Both the position numbers and the translations under genes were made by a program. The notes beneath the pieces are model-generated. The model was given only the letters and a program-made list of their open reading frames with translations, did no database searches and was not told where the DNA came from. A stretch of DNA of 64,000 nucleotides from Planctomycetota bacterium (lineage in GTDB: Bacteria; Planctomycetota; UBA1135; UBA2386): the NCBI GenBank assembly GCA_044230075.1, contig JBGARS010000017.1, positions 1 to 64,000 on the forward strand. The letters run 5' to 3'. The stretch's first letter is position 1. Every line of letters starts with the position of its first letter. Of the stretch, positions 62,690 to 64,000 are shown one piece after another.

Positions 62690-63846
62690 CGATGAGGAAC
62701 CAGCGCCCGATCCCGCCCTTCCCGGTCTCCGTCGTCGGCAGCTGGCCGCGCCCACGTTGGTTGCTCGACGCGACGCAGAAGCGCCAGAAGGACCTGGAGC
62801 ACACACGCGACCAGGCGACGCTGCTCGCGATCAAGCTGCAGGAGGACGCCGGCGTCGATGTGCTGAGCGACGGCGAACAGCGGCGCGACAACTTCTACTC
62901 GTTCCTCGCCGAGAAGCTCGATGGCGTCACACTGATGACCATGGCCGACCTGCTCGACTTCGTCGAGGACAAGGCCGGCTTCGAGGCGCTGCTGCAGACG
63001 CTCGACGTGCCGGCGTTCGCGATCAAGAACCCGACCATCACGGGGCGGCTCGGTCGCCGCGAACCGCTGGCCGTGCGCGAGGCCTCGTTCCTGCGCGCGC
63101 ACACGACGCGCGCCTGCAAGGTCACGCTGCCCGGGCCCTACCTGCTGTCGCGATCGATGTGGGTGCAGAAGCTGTCGTCGGCCGCCTACCCGACGCGCGA
63201 ACTGCTGTGCGACGACATCGTCGCGATCCTGCGGGCCGAGCTGCAGGATCTGGCGGCGCTGGGCGTCGAGGTGGTGCAGTTCGACGAGCCGGTGCTGACC
63301 GAACTTGTGTTCGCCGGCAAGGCCGCGACGCGCACGTTCATGTGTGCGGCGCTCGCCGCGGCGGCCGATCCCGCCGCCGAACTGCGGCTCGCGGTCGACC
63401 TGATCAACCGCGTGATCGCCGGCGTGACGGGCACCACCACGGCGATCCACGTCTGCCGCGGCAACTGGAGCCGCAAGGAAGACGTGCTGCTGTCGGGCGA
63501 CTACGACCCACTGCTGCCCTACCTGGCGCAGATGCAGGTCGACCAGTTCGTGCTCGAGTATGCGACGCCGCGCGCCGGCCCCGAGTCGCTGCTGGCGCAG
63601 CTGCCGAAGGGCGCGACGATCGGTTTCGGCGCGATCAACCCGCGCACGGATCCCGACGAGCAACCGACGGCGATCGCCGATCGCATCGCCGGACTCGTGC
63701 AGACGTTGGGCCACAAGAGGATCTGGCTGAACCCGGACTGCGGCTTCGGCACGTTCGCCGATCGCCCGGTCGCCAGCGAGGCCGCCGCAGTGCGCAAGAT
63801 GGAGATCCTGGCCGCGGCGGCGCAGCGGCTCAGAAGTTCAACGTGA
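62686..63846 (+). CDS. Core-MetE-like zinc-dependent thiol methyltransferase (cobalamin-independent methionine synthase C-terminal-domain family, single domain)
   Basis: 386 aa. Zinc-ligand pattern conserved (IHVCRGNW His-x-Cys; NPDCGFGT Cys; VQFDEPVL Glu region). ATGA overlap with the upstream TusA-OsmC gene. Confidence 0.75.
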   Translation: MTMRNQRPIPPFPVSVVGSWPRPRWLLDATQKRQKDLEHTRDQATLLAIKLQEDAGVDVLSDGEQRRDNFYSFLAEKLDGVTLMTMADLLDFVEDKAGFEALLQTLDVPAFAIKNPTITGRLGRREPLAVREASFLRAHTTRACKVTLPGPYLLSRSMWVQKLSSAAYPTRELLCDDIVAILRAELQDLAALGVEVVQFDEPVLTELVFAGKAATRTFMCAALAAAADPAAELRLAVDLINRVIAGVTGTTTAIHVCRGNWSRKEDVLLSGDYDPLLPYLAQMQVDQFVLEYATPRAGPESLLAQLPKGATIGFGAINPRTDPDEQPTAIADRIAGLVQTLGHKRIWLNPDCGFGTFADRPVASEAAAVRKMEILAAAAQRLRSST

Positions 63847-64000
63847 GCTGGATGTAGCCAACCTGGCGGCGGTCGTTGTCGATGCCGTAGCCGCCCGAGG
63901 CGTAGACGCCGCTGGCGAACTTGGCGCCGAGCACGATGTCGCCCTCGACCTCGCCGAGCTGCGCCGACGTGCCGCGGCGATTGAGCGTCAGCAGGTTGAC
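63838..64000 (-). CDS. Outer-membrane beta-barrel protein, C-terminal fragment (N-terminus beyond window end)
   Basis: Reverse-strand translation ends ...GYIQLTLNF-stop with the typical OMP terminal Phe and alternating beta-strand pattern. Confidence 0.35.

Noticed and set aside
1-64000. CRISPR arrays, IS elements, integrases, phage genes, rRNA or tRNA
   Set aside because: No regularly spaced direct repeats, no transposase or integrase-like ORFs and no rRNA-like low-GC blocks were seen. The window looks like core chromosomal DNA with accessory secreted-protein genes.

Overview
The window is high-GC (about 70%) chromosomal DNA from a Gram-negative bacterium; the repertoire loosely suggests a Planctomycetota-, Myxococcota- or Gemmatimonadota-like organism, but no phylum can be assigned. 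Genes are tightly packed, often with ATGA or GTGA stop-start overlaps, and are rich in secreted and repeat proteins. The high GC also produces many long spurious ORFs on the opposite strand of real genes. No rRNA, tRNA, CRISPR array, transposase or integrase was recognised. Recognisable content from start to end: (i) a type IV pilus assembly cluster on the minus strand (pilM-N-O-P-Q, a TPR lipoprotein pilotin, a coupled PAS histidine kinase), with one pilin, one pseudopilin and a divergent PilX-N-like gene. (ii) A flotillin/NfeD pair and a CorC/HlyC transporter. (iii) A single-module ClpB-D2-type AAA+ ATPase divergent from a Ser/Thr kinase and a YkgJ Cys-cluster protein. (iv) A minus-strand operon: secreted prenyltransferase-repeat protein, RecQ-family helicase, SAM methyltransferase with a large unknown C-terminal domain. 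(v) A Tat-exported Ntn asparaginase coupled to an 839-aa membrane-anchored repeat protein. (vi) valS, acpH, rnhA and assorted secreted beta-propeller, LamG and Kelch proteins. (vii) Two loci, each with a tandem pair of paralogous multipass membrane proteins. (viii) A CheY-like receiver followed by a bacterial Pus10-like pseudouridine synthase. (ix) A coupled GT2, sulfotransferase, GT39 (ArnT/PMT-like) operon. (x) An ECF sigma/anti-sigma pair, a hybrid PAS kinase, a sulfatase and a pirin. (xi) A five-heme cytochrome c fused to HEAT repeats, next to a GspG-like protein. (xii) A sulfur-relay-like cluster (TusA-like, DsrE-like, TusA-OsmC fusion) coupled to a core-MetE-like zinc methyltransferase. 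The most promising candidates for an undescribed system are the TusA/DsrE/OsmC/core-MetE cluster, the RecQ-methyltransferase operon, the GT2-sulfotransferase-GT39 operon, the bacterial mini-Pus10 locus, the duplicated membrane-protein pairs and the multiheme-cytochrome/HEAT fusion. All calls rest on reading the six-frame translations; no database search was run.
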